Positions 8,184-20,000 are shown, numbered from the stretch's first letter. The stretch is 64,000 nucleotides of DNA from Gemmatimonadota bacterium (GCA_003697105.1 RFFQ01000012.1:5434-69433), one strand, 5' to 3'. Notes: a model not told the origin generated them from the letters alone. Numbers and translations: made by a program.

Positions 8184-8738
8184 TTAATGTCCTTCTGCTG
8201 GAGTTTCTTCCGGTGAATGTCCGGCAGTGGAATCCATACCGGCAGGTTGGGTTGAATCGATGGTCGTATCATGCGGTACAGCATCCGTCCCAGCATGTGT
8301 GGTATCCTCGTGTTCAGTTGTCGCGGTAGAGCCATGTTCACCCGTCGTTCCGTGCCCGTCGCCGTGCCCAAATTTTGCCGCCCGGATATCTAAGGAATCA
8401 TAAAATGCGGCTTGAGTTTGAATGGGTCCGGCTTTGGCATCATCTAGGTCACCGCGCCGCATGGTATCATACATCGTGAGAGTGATAAAAACCCCCACAA
8501 AAAGCACCCCTAAGATAAACACAAACATATACATTTTGTTATCATAATAGAGATGCATAAAAAAGAGTCCCACCAAGGTAGCTTTTACGGTTGCCACCGC
8601 CATCGCTATGACTAAATTGAGTGGTCCAAAATCAAACGTAGAAACCCAAACCGTAATACCGGTGAGAACAATCAATGCCAAAAAAACGTTGACGAAAACC
8701 CACAGTGGAATGTGATGTTCGTGCGTATGTTGACTCAT
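8184..8738 (-). CDS. Cytochrome c oxidase subunit IV (prokaryotic CoxD/CtaF type) with a His/Thr/Asp-rich C-terminal extension
   Basis: The N-terminal ~100 aa form 3 TM segments with the motif 'ATVKATLVGLFFMHL'. They are followed by ~85 aa of low complexity with 8 His ('FGHGDGHGTTGEHGSTATTEHEDTTHAGTDAVPHD...AGHSPEETPAEGH'). Confidence 0.8.
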   Translation of the reverse strand: MSQHTHEHHIPLWVFVNVFLALIVLTGITVWVSTFDFGPLNLVIAMAVATVKATLVGLFFMHLYYDNKMYMFVFILGVLFVGVFITLTMYDTMRRGDLDDAKAGPIQTQAAFYDSLDIRAAKFGHGDGHGTTGEHGSTATTEHEDTTHAGTDAVPHDTTIDSTQPAGMDSTAGHSPEETPAEGH

Positions 8739-8742
8739 TGCG

Positions 8743-9399
8743 TTACCCTATCAAATAGAAAAGCGGAAAGAGAAAAATCCAAACCATATCAACCAAGTGC
8801 CAAAATAACCCGACCATCTCAACCGGCACATAGTATTCCGACGAGAATCGACCCTTCAATGTGCCGATCATCACCCAGGTAATTAAGCCCATCCCGATCA
8901 AGACGTGCACCCCATGCAGACCGGTCATGGCGAAGTAAATTCCAAAAAAGAGATGGGGATTCGTCCCTTCAAGACCGTCATAAAAATAGAAATGCCCGGG
9001 TAATTGACCCACATGAATCTTGTGCGAATACTCAAAATACTTGATGACCATGAAAGTGGCGGCAAACAAAAGTGTCAGGGCTAAGTTAATCACCGTTCCG
9101 GTGCGATTATTCCGCTGAATACAGTAAATCGCATATACAACCGTAAAGGAACTGGCGATCAGCACAATCGTGTTAATGGTCCCCAGCCGCAAATCCAACA
9201 CTTTATGAGCATCGTGGAACATCTCGGGGAACCAGGCCCGAAAGACGGCGTAGGCGCAGAATAGCCCTCCAAATGTTAGGATTTCCGTCGCTAAGAAAAT
9301 CCACATCCCTAACTTTGCCGATTCTTTCTGTTGCTCGATATCAGAAAAATGATGCGCTAAATATTCAGGATGAGAAGCATCCTGGGCAACTGTAGACAT
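8743..9399 (-). CDS. ctaE: Cytochrome c oxidase subunit III
   Basis: 218 aa, polytopic, with 'FFGIYFAMTGLHGVHVLIG' and 'GLFWHLVDMVWIFLFPLFYL'. Confidence 0.9.
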   Translation of the reverse strand: MSTVAQDASHPEYLAHHFSDIEQQKESAKLGMWIFLATEILTFGGLFCAYAVFRAWFPEMFHDAHKVLDLRLGTINTIVLIASSFTVVYAIYCIQRNNRTGTVINLALTLLFAATFMVIKYFEYSHKIHVGQLPGHFYFYDGLEGTNPHLFFGIYFAMTGLHGVHVLIGMGLITWVMIGTLKGRFSSEYYVPVEMVGLFWHLVDMVWIFLFPLFYLIG

Positions 9400-9421
9400 A
9401 ATAGTTTTCTACCTCAATAGG

Positions 9422-11077
9422 TTAAACGCTAACAGGTTCTTCTTTATACACTTTTTCGCCGTGTTCGTTGACCAACACGGTATCATAATCATAAAAACCA
9501 TGTGTCATCTCAGGGACGGTTTCAAAATTATGATGAGGTGGTGGAGAAGTCGTTGACCATTCCCATGATAACGCTCCCCACGGATTATTGCCGGCAATCT
9601 TCCCTTTGAAGAGCGACCCGACCAGATAAAACGCCATAATCAAAAATCCAAGCCCCAGCACCCATGACCCAATCGAGGAAAAACCATGTAAGGGTTGGTA
9701 TTGATCCAGATACGTATAATAGCGTCGCGGCATCCCTTGCGAACCCAAGACAAACTGGGTAAAAAAGGTCATATTGAACCCAACAAAGATTAAAAATGCC
9801 GCAATTGCCGCCCAGAATTCGCTATACATCCGTCCCCAGATTTTGGGCCACCAATAGTGAACACCTGCCAGAAACGCCATGACGGTGCCCCCCATCATCA
9901 CATAATGGAAATGTGCCACCACAAAATAGGTATCATGCAGGTGAACATCCACCGATAACGCTCCCAAGAAAATCCCTGTGAAACCGCCAATACAGAATAG
10001 AAACAGAAACGACAACGTATAAAGCATCGGCGCTTCTAAGCTGATATTCCCTTTGTACATCGTCGTGACCCAGTTAAACACTTTGATGCCGGAAGGAATC
10101 CCCACAAAGAAGGTCAAAAAGGAGAAGATCATCGCCGCTAATTCCGATTGGCCACTGGTAAACATGTGGTGACCCCACACCAAAAAACTGACAAAGGCAA
10201 TCCCCAGACTGGAAAACGCAATAAACTTATACCCAAAGATTTTTTTATGGGAAAAGACCGAAACCGTTTCGCTGATAATCCCCATACCGGGCAAGATCAT
10301 GATGTACACCGCCGGATGGGAATAGAACCAGAAAAAGTGTTGATAGAGTACCGGGTCACCCCCTAATGCCGGGTCAAAAATGCCAATACCCAAAGTCCGC
10401 TCCAGAATGAGCAGTAAAAGTGTGATGGCTAAAACCGGCGTAGCCAAAATCTGAATAATTGCCGTTGCATACAATCCCCAGACGAACAGCGGTAATTTGA
10501 ACCACGTCAAACCGGGGGCACGCAACTTGTGCACCGTCACGATGAAGTTCAGACCGGTCAAAATAGAGGAAAACCCCAGCACAAACACACCGGACGTCAT
10601 CGAAACGACCGAGGTCGTCGTTGACGTGCTATAAGGGGTATAAAATGTCCATCCGGTATCTACCGCGCCGGTCACAATCGAATAAATACAAAAGATAGAC
10701 CCCACCACATAAATGTAGAAACTGGCTAAATTCAAACGGGGGAATGCCACATCCTTTGCCCCCAGCATCAACGGCAGGACAAAATTACCCAGCGCCGCCG
10801 GAATAGAGGGGATAATAAACAGAAAGATCATGATCGCGCCGTGCAGCGTAAACATCTGGTTGTAAGTATCCCCACTCTGGAAGAAATCCCCTTGCGGCGT
10901 GAGGAGTTCCAACCGGATCAGCATCGCCAAAATACCCCCGATGGTAAAGAAAAACATAATCGCGAAAAAGTACATCAAACCAATTCGCTTATGGTCGAGG
11001 GTAAACAACCACGATTTTAGCCCAGGCGGGTCATTTAAATAATGTTTTTGGGGAAATGTTGCTGTAGCCGTCGACAT
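9422..11077 (-). CDS. ctaD: Cytochrome c oxidase subunit I (A-family, A2 subtype)
   Basis: 551 aa with '[17 protein letters not shown]', 'WGHHMF' and 'HFHYVMMGG'. The YS...HPAVY sequence replaces FG...HPEVY, which is the A2-type signature. Confidence 0.95.
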   Translation of the reverse strand: MSTATATFPQKHYLNDPPGLKSWLFTLDHKRIGLMYFFAIMFFFTIGGILAMLIRLELLTPQGDFFQSGDTYNQMFTLHGAIMIFLFIIPSIPAALGNFVLPLMLGAKDVAFPRLNLASFYIYVVGSIFCIYSIVTGAVDTGWTFYTPYSTSTTTSVVSMTSGVFVLGFSSILTGLNFIVTVHKLRAPGLTWFKLPLFVWGLYATAIIQILATPVLAITLLLLILERTLGIGIFDPALGGDPVLYQHFFWFYSHPAVYIMILPGMGIISETVSVFSHKKIFGYKFIAFSSLGIAFVSFLVWGHHMFTSGQSELAAMIFSFLTFFVGIPSGIKVFNWVTTMYKGNISLEAPMLYTLSFLFLFCIGGFTGIFLGALSVDVHLHDTYFVVAHFHYVMMGGTVMAFLAGVHYWWPKIWGRMYSEFWAAIAAFLIFVGFNMTFFTQFVLGSQGMPRRYYTYLDQYQPLHGFSSIGSWVLGLGFLIMAFYLVGSLFKGKIAGNNPWGALSWEWSTTSPPPHHNFETVPEMTHGFYDYDTVLVNEHGEKVYKEEPVSV

Positions 11078-11098
11078 ATAAACACTCCTTAAGTCGCG

Positions 11099-12040
11099 TT
11101 ATTTCAGAGTTTTAAGGTAAGCAATAATAGCATCAATATGACGGTCTTTCAAAATCCCTTGATATGTCGGCATAATGGGTTGAAAACCCGCAACCACTTT
11201 GGCATTGGGATTGAGGATCGATTCCCGAATGTAATTTTCATCAATCGTGAGGGAGGAACCATCGGCAAAATGCTCTGTTTTGCCCCAAATGCCTTTGAAG
11301 CTTGGACCATTCATCGGTGTTCCATCTATAGAATGGCAGGTGACACACGCTTTGCTTTTGTAAAGCCGTTCACCCATTTCGTGCAAGGCGATTGTGGTAT
11401 CAAAATCAGCGGCTTCCAACCATTTTTGATAATCCAATTCGGATAAAATTTTAACTTTGCCGATCATCTCGGAGTGTTTTGTACCGCAATATTCCGTACA
11501 AAACAGATTGTACTCTCCGGTTTCGGTCGCTTCAAACCACGCCTTCGTATATCGATTAGGCAGTACATCCATTTTTACACGAAAGTCGGGCACATAAAAG
11601 CTATGAATCACATCTTTGGAGGACATAAGCAGTTCCACCGGCTTATTGACCGGAGCGACAATCTCGTTGACACTACTGGCACCACTCGGGTAATCAAATG
11701 ACCAGAACCATTTTTGCCCGGTTACTTTAATCTGCAAAGCATCCTTGGGGGCAACATGCATCTTCAGAAAGCCATTAAAACCCCAAAAGAAAATCACAAA
11801 TACCAGAATCGTCGGAATAACTGTCCATGTTACTTCCATGACATTACTATGTGAAAAGCCGGAAGTGAATTGCCGAGTGCCACCTCGCCGGCGATACCGG
11901 AAGACAAAAAACGCGGTTAATCCGATGACTAAAATAAAGAGAACCACCGAAGCGTAATATACAAAATAAAAAATTGAATCGACTTCTCCGGCGACAGTCG
12001 AACTTGCCGGCGGTAACCAAAACGATCCACCATTACCCAT
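11099..12040 (-). CDS. ctaC: Cytochrome c oxidase subunit II fused to a C-terminal cytochrome c domain (caa3 type)
   Basis: It has two N-terminal TM segments, the CuA site 'HSFYVPDF...CTEYCGTKHSEM' and a C-terminal haem c motif 'CVTCHS'. Confidence 0.93.
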   Translation of the reverse strand: MGNGGSFWLPPASSTVAGEVDSIFYFVYYASVVLFILVIGLTAFFVFRYRRRGGTRQFTSGFSHSNVMEVTWTVIPTILVFVIFFWGFNGFLKMHVAPKDALQIKVTGQKWFWSFDYPSGASSVNEIVAPVNKPVELLMSSKDVIHSFYVPDFRVKMDVLPNRYTKAWFEATETGEYNLFCTEYCGTKHSEMIGKVKILSELDYQKWLEAADFDTTIALHEMGERLYKSKACVTCHSIDGTPMNGPSFKGIWGKTEHFADGSSLTIDENYIRESILNPNAKVVAGFQPIMPTYQGILKDRHIDAIIAYLKTLK

Positions 12041-12041
12041 A

Positions 12042-12887
12042 CTAAACAGTCTCCTTCACCCGTTCAGACCGCCCGGAATGCGGACGCCGAACGTGCTCTT
12101 TTACCCAGAACGAGCTTAAAAACACGGTTAAAACAATAATTGTCAAAATACCCCCTAAACGCATGACATTGCTTGCTAAAACAACATACCCTTTTGCGTC
12201 GGGGTCATAGTGAAAACAGGATAAAATCAACTTATCAATCGTATTCCCAATTTTGCCTTCGGAGGCTTCCAGTAGAGCCAACCGAACATCTTGCGTGTTA
12301 AAGGTCAACCCGTACAAATAGCGGGTAATTTTACCTTCTGGTGATAAAAAGGTCAATACTGCCGGATGCGCATATTGGTCATTGGTTTTATCATAATAAT
12401 ATTGGTAACCCACAGCACTTGCCAGCGCATCAATGTTGGCGGCGGTACCTACCAGAAATGCCCACCCTTCTTCGGGAACCGATTTGCCCAAACTTTCTAA
12501 ATACATCTTTTTCTTTGCGGCGGCAAGCTGGGCGGTTTCACGCGGGTCAATACTGACGGTCACCCACTGAAAATCTTCACCGGGGATAAGATGGAGCGGT
12601 TTTATCGCCTCCACGGCACCGTTCAAAATCAGGGAGCAGAGCATCGGACAGCGATAATAATTCAACGTGAGCAAAACCGGTTTATCAGCGGTAAAATATT
12701 GGGCGAGCGTAACAGCTTGCCCCGTGTCATCGGTAAAGACTAAATCCAGAGGGATAGACTCTCCAAGATGCTCTTCCACATCAATCCCTTGCAACTCGGA
12801 AGGCTGGTCGAGAATGAGTTGTGCGGAAAGCGATGCGGCACCACCAAGCACAAAAACCAGCATGAAAATAAGGCGTCGTAATGCCAT
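12042..12887 (-). CDS. SCO-family protein (second copy), with a C-terminal TM anchor
   Basis: It carries the 'LNYYRCPMLCS' CxxxC motif. I set the start at MALRRLIFMLVFVLGG (ATG 12887), which removes the overlap with the upstream gene. Confidence 0.8.
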   Translation of the reverse strand: MALRRLIFMLVFVLGGAASLSAQLILDQPSELQGIDVEEHLGESIPLDLVFTDDTGQAVTLAQYFTADKPVLLTLNYYRCPMLCSLILNGAVEAIKPLHLIPGEDFQWVTVSIDPRETAQLAAAKKKMYLESLGKSVPEEGWAFLVGTAANIDALASAVGYQYYYDKTNDQYAHPAVLTFLSPEGKITRYLYGLTFNTQDVRLALLEASEGKIGNTIDKLILSCFHYDPDAKGYVVLASNVMRLGGILTIIVLTVFLSSFWVKEHVRRPHSGRSERVKETV

Positions 12888-12897
12888 GAAAATTATC

Positions 12898-13227
12898 TCA
12901 ACGTCCTTCCATCTGAGATTCAAACGCTCGCTCCGCCATGAGCTTCATAGCCCGATCAATGGGAATCCGGTAAACACCGGCGGAATCATCCAAAACGGCG
13001 TAGGTGGTCAACACATCATCCTCATGAGCACGGAGATCGCGGTAATCCGCCGCTTCCGGCTGGAGAACAACGTCTTTAATCCGCTTTTCCGCCGTAAAGG
13101 TGAACCAGTTATCCAACCCCACCAGAAACCCAATGATGATAGCAATGATAATCAAGGTCACTACTATCATTTGGAGCAAATTTACATCTTTCTTTTCATA
13201 TCCGGCATGATGCGTTACATCACTCAT
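12898..13227 (-). CDS. Small single-pass membrane protein between actF and the oxidase genes (accessory-subunit position)
   Basis: 109 aa with one TM segment ('LLQMIVVTLIIIAIIIGFLVGL'). It is tightly packed in the operon. I cannot name a family with confidence. Confidence 0.6.
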   Translation of the reverse strand: MSDVTHHAGYEKKDVNLLQMIVVTLIIIAIIIGFLVGLDNWFTFTAEKRIKDVVLQPEAADYRDLRAHEDDVLTTYAVLDDSAGVYRIPIDRAMKLMAERAFESQMEGR

Positions 13228-13238
13228 TGGCGACTCCC

Positions 13239-14429
13239 TTAATGATTAACAAAACGAATCGATTCATCCAGTTTCGGGTCATCGATGGGAATAACCGGAT
13301 GTGCCGCCAGCGTGCGCCAGAACCACCAGATAAAAATCCCACCAATTCCAAACAGCGTCGAGGCATCCATCCACGACAGATGAACGGTTTCATGGTGCAA
13401 ATTCGGCAATACCAGCCAATACATATCGACCCAATGGAAGATCAACATCCAGAATGCCATAACGCCCAGAAAGGGCAGGGTACGTTTCGATTTTCGGGGC
13501 ATTAATAAGACAAACGGGATAACAAAGTGCCCCAAGACTAAACCGAGACTGATCATCTTCCAACTGCCGGGCCACCGGTGCGCAAACCAAACGGTTTCCT
13601 CTGGGATATTGCCATACCAGATGAGGAAATACTGCGAATATGCCATATATGCCCAAAACACTAAAAAGGCAAACATGAGTTTTCCGAGATCATGATAATG
13701 CTCGACCGTAATAATCTCTTTAAGTTTACCGGTTTTTCGCAAAGAAAGCGAAACCAAAATGATTAGCGCCAATACGGAAACCAGCGCCCCGGAAAACACA
13801 TATACCCCAAAAATAGTGGAGTACCAATGCGGATCGAGTGACATCAACCAATCAAACGAAGCAAACGTGATGGAGAGCGCAAACAGAACCATACCCGGCG
13901 CACTGATGGCCATCATTCGTCCCGTTAACTCCGGGTGATGCTTATCATCTTGTTTCAGAGATAACCGGTATAATAGAAATGCCAGTACCGCCCAAATCGC
14001 AAAATAGGCAAATGCGCGAATCAAAAAGAAAGGAACGTTCAAATAACCGACTTTTTCCTGCAACAAAGCATCATGGGCGACCGCATCCGCATGGCTCCAA
14101 TGATATAATTCAGACAACCCTCCCATAAAGGCAATCGGCAAAAAGAAAATCACCATAAGGGGTAAGGTCACCATAATGCTTTCAAAGATGCGCCGGACGA
14201 CCACACTCCAAATGGGGTGCAACAAGTGGTGAATCAAGGTAAAAAACAAACCACCCAAACCAATGGTTGTCCAGAAGACAAAGGCAACGAGATAGGAATG
14301 AAAAAACTGCGTTTTATCCATCGTAAAACCGATGCCACTGGCTACCAGCCCGATAACACCGATCACCAACGCGATCATGCCCAGTTTACCCGCATCCGTC
14401 AGACGAAAGGTTTGATCATCTAATTTCAT
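13239..14429 (-). CDS. actF: Alternative Complex III subunit ActF (NrfD-like polytopic membrane protein)
   Basis: A polytopic membrane protein at the ActF position after ActE. I set the start at MKLDDQTFRL (ATG 14429), which removes the 53-nt overlap given by the track ORF. Confidence 0.8.
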   Translation of the reverse strand: MKLDDQTFRLTDAGKLGMIALVIGVIGLVASGIGFTMDKTQFFHSYLVAFVFWTTIGLGGLFFTLIHHLLHPIWSVVVRRIFESIMVTLPLMVIFFLPIAFMGGLSELYHWSHADAVAHDALLQEKVGYLNVPFFLIRAFAYFAIWAVLAFLLYRLSLKQDDKHHPELTGRMMAISAPGMVLFALSITFASFDWLMSLDPHWYSTIFGVYVFSGALVSVLALIILVSLSLRKTGKLKEIITVEHYHDLGKLMFAFLVFWAYMAYSQYFLIWYGNIPEETVWFAHRWPGSWKMISLGLVLGHFVIPFVLLMPRKSKRTLPFLGVMAFWMLIFHWVDMYWLVLPNLHHETVHLSWMDASTLFGIGGIFIWWFWRTLAAHPVIPIDDPKLDESIRFVNH

Positions 14430-14454
14430 AAAATCACGTCTCTCTATAATAGCA

Positions 14455-15087
14455 CTATTGGGATAATTGGTCCAACACCTCAGAGGGAACTTCGGCGGAA
14501 GTCGCATTCTGACTAAACTGCAACGCCCGAACGTAATTTACAATATGCCAGCGGTCTTCTACACGAATTTGATGCCGGTACATGGGCATGTTCCGAATCC
14601 CGTTGGTAATGACATCAAAAATATGCCCATCTTGGCCATTTAAACCACCCCGCCGCAACCGGTCTTGATGAAAAGAAGGCGGTGGAACATAACCAGCATC
14701 CATGGTTCGCAATACCACAATACCCCGTCCATCACCTACCCGGCTATGGCACGGCGCACAGTAAATATTGTACTGTTCCTGTCCGCGCGCTAATGATTGC
14801 TCTGTTGGCGGAATGGGGGATATAACGACCAGACTATCCCGGGCATCACGCCCCCGATACAGCTTGGAATCTTCCGCTAAAAAGCCTTGCGCAACGGTAC
14901 CGGCTACCGGCGGACGCATGGTCGCTTTATCCACAAAAAACTGACTTTCCGATTGCGGATTATACCGCTGAGTTTGGAACATATTGTGTTGTAATTTAAT
15001 GGGTGACTTTTTTGACGGAGCGCCGCGATAACAGCCGATCAGGCTCACCCCGATTAGCACCACAACAAGCCCTGGTATCAATCGCAT
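14455..15087 (-). CDS. actE: Alternative Complex III subunit ActE (monohaem cytochrome c lipoprotein)
   Basis: 210 aa with a lipobox ('VSLIG|C') and a single 'CAPCH' haem c motif. Confidence 0.85.
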   Translation of the reverse strand: MRLIPGLVVVLIGVSLIGCYRGAPSKKSPIKLQHNMFQTQRYNPQSESQFFVDKATMRPPVAGTVAQGFLAEDSKLYRGRDARDSLVVISPIPPTEQSLARGQEQYNIYCAPCHSRVGDGRGIVVLRTMDAGYVPPPSFHQDRLRRGGLNGQDGHIFDVITNGIRNMPMYRHQIRVEDRWHIVNYVRALQFSQNATSAEVPSEVLDQLSQ

Positions 15088-15629
15088 GTAATCACCTCCA
15101 CATTCGTACCCCCGATCAACTCCAGAAAAGCGGAGGTCTGCTCCACATTGAATTTACGGTCTGTCGCTTCGATGCTCACTAAAAAACCATCATCCGTCAC
15201 CTTTTTGAATTGCTCGGACTCAAAAAGCGGATGATGCCAACGGGGTAAACCATTAAGCGCCATCATCCCAAAGGTCGAAACAAACGCAGAGGTCAACACG
15301 GCCACCGCAAATGTCACGGGCAGATATGCCTGATAACTCACAAATGGCTTTCCTGAAATAACAAATTGATAATCAACCCCGTTTGTCCACCATTGCATTC
15401 CTGCACCAGCGAGAGTCGCAATAACGGCAATACCACCGACAATCCACCCCAACGGGGACCGCCGTTCGCCCATCGCCTGATCCATCCCGTGAATGGGGAA
15501 TGGGGAATGGCAATCAAACTTTTTATAACCCTCATCGCGCACCCGCTCGGCGGCTTTCAACAAGGCGGCGGGGTCTTCAAATTGAGCAATAACTCCAGCT
15601 ACGCGCTCACTCATGTTTTCATACTCCAC
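15078..15629 (-). CDS. actD: Alternative Complex III subunit ActD (DUF3341)
   Basis: 183 aa with 'FDCHSPFPIHGMDQAM', two central TM segments, and the ActD position between ActC and ActE. Confidence 0.85.
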   Translation of the reverse strand: MEYENMSERVAGVIAQFEDPAALLKAAERVRDEGYKKFDCHSPFPIHGMDQAMGERRSPLGWIVGGIAVIATLAGAGMQWWTNGVDYQFVISGKPFVSYQAYLPVTFAVAVLTSAFVSTFGMMALNGLPRWHHPLFESEQFKKVTDDGFLVSIEATDRKFNVEQTSAFLELIGGTNVEVITCD

Positions 15630-15632
15630 TGA

Positions 15633-17015
15633 TTAATGCGTGTCGTGATGATGCGGATCGGCTTGAGGCAAAACGCCTTTCACTTCCGCCATCGCAATGA
15701 CCGGCAGAAAACGCACGAACAACAAGAACAACGTTAAAAAGAGTCCAAAGGTACCAATAAACGTCGTAACATCAAAAATCGTTGGACGGTAGTAATCCCA
15801 ACTGGAAGGCAAGAAGTCACGGGACAACGAGGTAATCACAATCACAAAACGCTCAAACCACATCCCGATGTTGATAAAAATAGATGCCACAAACATCACA
15901 GGAATACTACGACGTAACTTCTTAAACCAAAAGAGTTGGGGTACCAGCACGTTACAAGAGATCATGCTCCAATACGCCCACCAATAGGGACCAAATGCCC
16001 GGTTGATAAACGCAAACCGTTCAAATTCATTACCGCTGTACCACGCAATAAAAAACTCGCAACCATAGGCATAACCAACCATCATACCGGTGAGGAGCAT
16101 AATCTTATTCATATTCTCAAGGTGGCGAATCGTGATATAATCCTCTAGCCCGAAAATCTTGCGGGTAATAATACCGAGCGTCATCACCATCGCAAAGCCC
16201 GAAAAAATAGCGCCGGCAACAAAATAGGGTGGAAAGATCGTCGTATGCCAACCCGGAATGATACTCACCGCAAAGTCCGTACTCACGATACTGTGAACGG
16301 AGAGCACCAACGGCGTGGATAGCCCTGCCAAAAGCAAATATGCCAATTCATAGTGCTTCCACTGCTTGTTCCCGCCGCGCCAACCTAACGCAAAAATACC
16401 AAACAGCACCTTGCGAATTTTAGTGGTTGCCCGGTCTCGCAACGTGGCTAAATCTGGGATCAAGCCCACATACCAGAACAGACACGACACCGTAAAATAC
16501 GTCCCGACAGCAAATGCATCCCATAACAGCGGGCTACGGAAGTTGGGCCACATGGAAAGGTATTGCGTCGGATAGGGAAAGATCCAATAAATCAACCAGA
16601 TACGCCCCACGTGAATCGCCGGGAAAAGACCCGCACAAATCACCGCAAAAAGCGTCATGGCTTCCGCAAAACGATTGATGGATGTTCGCCACTTCTGGCG
16701 TAATAAAAAGAGAATCGCTGAAATCAGCGTTCCGGCGTGCCCGATACCAACCCAGAAGACGAAGTTGACAATCGCCCAGCCCCAGCCATTCGGATTTTGC
16801 AAACCCCAGATGCCCAAACCTTCCCACAATAGGTAACCAACGGAGCCTAACAGCAATAACACAATGGAACTGGATAAACCGATCGCAATAAACCAGAGCG
16901 GAGGTGTCTTACCTTCGATTAAGGAACTGATCTTCTCCGAGACATCATGAAACGTCGGATTGCCCTGAATCAGCGGCGCATCAACATGCGTTTTTTCAGC
17001 AGTTACAGCGTCCAT
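15633..17015 (-). CDS. actC: Alternative Complex III subunit ActC (NrfD/PsrC-like quinol-interacting membrane subunit)
   Basis: A 460-aa polytopic protein of NrfD-family appearance, immediately after ActB. Confidence 0.88.
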   Translation of the reverse strand: MDAVTAEKTHVDAPLIQGNPTFHDVSEKISSLIEGKTPPLWFIAIGLSSSIVLLLLGSVGYLLWEGLGIWGLQNPNGWGWAIVNFVFWVGIGHAGTLISAILFLLRQKWRTSINRFAEAMTLFAVICAGLFPAIHVGRIWLIYWIFPYPTQYLSMWPNFRSPLLWDAFAVGTYFTVSCLFWYVGLIPDLATLRDRATTKIRKVLFGIFALGWRGGNKQWKHYELAYLLLAGLSTPLVLSVHSIVSTDFAVSIIPGWHTTIFPPYFVAGAIFSGFAMVMTLGIITRKIFGLEDYITIRHLENMNKIMLLTGMMVGYAYGCEFFIAWYSGNEFERFAFINRAFGPYWWAYWSMISCNVLVPQLFWFKKLRRSIPVMFVASIFINIGMWFERFVIVITSLSRDFLPSSWDYYRPTIFDVTTFIGTFGLFLTLFLLFVRFLPVIAMAEVKGVLPQADPHHHDTH

Positions 17016-17068
17016 AAATCATTACACCACGTTTATAGTGAATAGTATCAATGAGTTATCCTAAAAAA

Positions 17069-20000
17069 TCAGTGATGACTCCCACCGGAGTGATCATCAT
17101 CCGTGGTTGGTGGTACCGCCACCGGTTCTAATTCCGGATTGGGGTTACGCACCTTCGCCAAATACGAAGTGCGTGGTTTAATATTGAGTTCAGCCAGCAT
17201 CTCGTAATCCCGGTTGATCGCCTTCATCTGGGTGACCTGACTTTGCGGGTCGTTAATATTCCCAAACGTGATCGCTTGTGTCGGGCATGCCTGCTGGCAG
17301 GCACTAACCACTTCGCCATCATGAATATGCTGGTCGGGGCGGGTACCATTCCGAAATTCATTTTTAACTTTAATCCGCGTATAATTAATTCGTTGCGTAC
17401 AGTACGTACATTTTTCCATTACGCCGCGAAAACGTACCGTCACATCGGGGTTCATCCCCATTTTCACAATTTCAGGTGTCGCTTTGGTATAGTTGAAAAA
17501 GTTAAACCGACGAACTTTATAGGGGCAGTTATCCAAACAATACCGCGTACCGACACAGCGGTTATACACCATCACATTCAAACCTTCTTTATCATGCATG
17601 GTCGCCGCAAACGGGCACACTTGTTCACAAGGTGCATTTTCGCAATGATGGCATGCGACCGGCTGGTACACCATCTCCGCGTCATCCGGCTTTTCCGGAT
17701 TACCGGTAAAATAGCGGTCAATCCGAATCCAATGCATCTCACGACCGCGCCGAACTTCGGTCTTGCCCACAACCGGGATGTTATTTTCACTTTGACACGC
17801 AATGGTACACGCATTACATCCGACACAGGCGTTCAAATCGATCACCATTCCCCACTGATACCCTTCGTCATAGCTGGGTTCTTTCCAGAGAGACTTGGCG
17901 ATCTGCCGATCATGTTCTTTAATACGTTTGATTTGGTCTGGATGATGTTGGTAATCCGATAAGGTCATCTCCCGGATTAACATCGGCAACCGTTTCTGAA
18001 TTTGGTCGGCGGCTAATTTTTCGGTATCCATGCCATGATGGTCTTGGGTACATGCCATTTCGTATGTGCCCGGTAGTTTTGTAACCGAAAGACCTTGATC
18101 AAAATGGAGTGCTTGGGACGTCCGCAAACGGTACGTGTTAAATCCAACCCGGTCCCCAACACGACCGGCGGCTTCACGCCCATAACCAAGTGCTACGGCA
18201 ACCGATTTATCCGCCATACCGGGCATCACCCAGACAGGCATTTTCAGCCGTTTACCCCGGTAACTCAATTCAACCCAGTTTTCATTCTCTACCCCGAGTT
18301 CTTTAGCCGTAGTAGCACTCATTAACGCGGCGTTATCCCACGTCAGTTTGGTCATGCTGTCCGGGAGTTCCTGCAACCACCCATTGTTGGCAAATCGCCC
18401 ATCAAAAGTCGCCGGAGAGGCGTAAAAAACAATCTCCATCCCGCTTTTCACCACAATCGGATGGTCCTGAAGATACGCCCGGATGGATTCACTATTTAAC
18501 CCGGGGACAACCGGTGTTGCCGCACTATTTTCCAGCACACCTTCGTGCAACACCTTACGCCAATGTTGCTCAAAATCGAGTTCACCCAATCGCGGTAACC
18601 ATGTTGCCCGAACAAGGTCGTAGCCACGACCATCCTTGCCGGTAATAAGTAAACTGAGCACCTCAATCGCACTTTTAGCACCGAACAACGGAGCGATCAT
18701 CGGTTGAACGACACTCAAAGTACCATCTACGGCACGCACATCCCCCCATGCTTCCAAAAAGTGGGTTTGGGGCAGATGCCATTCCGCAAGTTTGGAGGTT
18801 TCGTTGACATGGGAACTTAGGTGAATCGAATGTTGCAGGCTTTTCAATGCGCGGGTCATATCCATATCCGCGGGCGCGTCGTAAACCGGGTTACCGCCGA
18901 GCATTACCAAGGTATTGACATCCTGATTTCCGATTTTTGCCAGCAGGTCTGTGAAAGAAGACAAACGAGGCCGTTCTACATCTTGAAATGGGTAATAATC
19001 CACGGTTTGTCCGATATTCCCCAACGCGGTATTCAGGGCAAATACCATCGCATGGACCGCGGGAGATTGGCGCCTGCCGGCAACAATCAAGCATTTACCC
19101 GGCGCATGTGCTAAATCCTTTGCCAATGCTTCCAGCCATTTTTTATCAAAATGTGCCGTCCCATCAACCGGAATCGCATCCAACGAAACCGGAACACCCT
19201 GCGCTTGAAGTTCCTGCGCCAACGCCGCCACAAATGCGCCAATCTGGGAGCTTTGCAGGCGTAACCGGTGGTCCGCAACGGCACCCGTCGCCGTGTACAT
19301 GGACTCAACCATATATAACCGGTTCATCGGGTCATGTTCGGTTTTCAATCGCCGCCCAGCAATAAAGCCACGAGCATTGACAACATTTTCACTTTCCATC
19401 AGGGTAAAATCAGCATCGACCGAGAGGACAACATCCGCTTTATCAAAATGATAACGCGGCTGGTACGCTTGTCCAGTGGCAATCTCAATGCCTTCAAAAA
19501 GGGTCTCATCCGTGACCGGTTCATAGGTTGCCCAAACAGCTTGCGGGAACATGGCTTCAAACTCAGCTTTCAGACGTGCCATTGTGGGCGAGGCAAACGA
19601 TTCACTCAGGATCGCCAATCCTTTACCTTGATTCTCCACGAATTTGGGATAAAGCTCTCGCCACGCTGCGGTAAAGTCTGACCATTTTTTAGAGACACCT
19701 TTGTGGAGCACTCGCTGGGATCGATCCGGGTCATACAAGCCTAAAATTTGCGCTTGCATAAACGCATTTGAACCCCCCAAACTAGAGGGATGTTTGGGAT
19801 TACCTTCGATTTTTGTCGGGCGCCCTTCGTGATTTTCCACCACGAGACCATATGCTCCCGTGCCAAACGGCATGGCCGTCGCGTAATAATTGGGGATACC
19901 GGGGATGACTTCTTCTGGTTGTACCACATACGGAATAATCTTTTCCACAGGACGGCGGCATCCCGTGAGACCGGCTAATGCGGCGGAAGCTCCCATCAAT

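Noticed and set aside
17243-17962. 239-aa + strand ORF, plus many other 60-240-aa ORFs antisense to actB, actC, coxI/coxII, proS (22669..23307), the 348-aa T9SS cargo gene (35539..36030), the M1-M28-PDZ peptidase (40508..40882, 42695..43120) and the giant gene (for example 62747..63238)
   Set aside because: All of them are embedded antisense in, or out of frame with, long genes that carry unambiguous family motifs. They have low-complexity Arg/Pro/His-rich translations and no SDs, so they are shadow ORFs.
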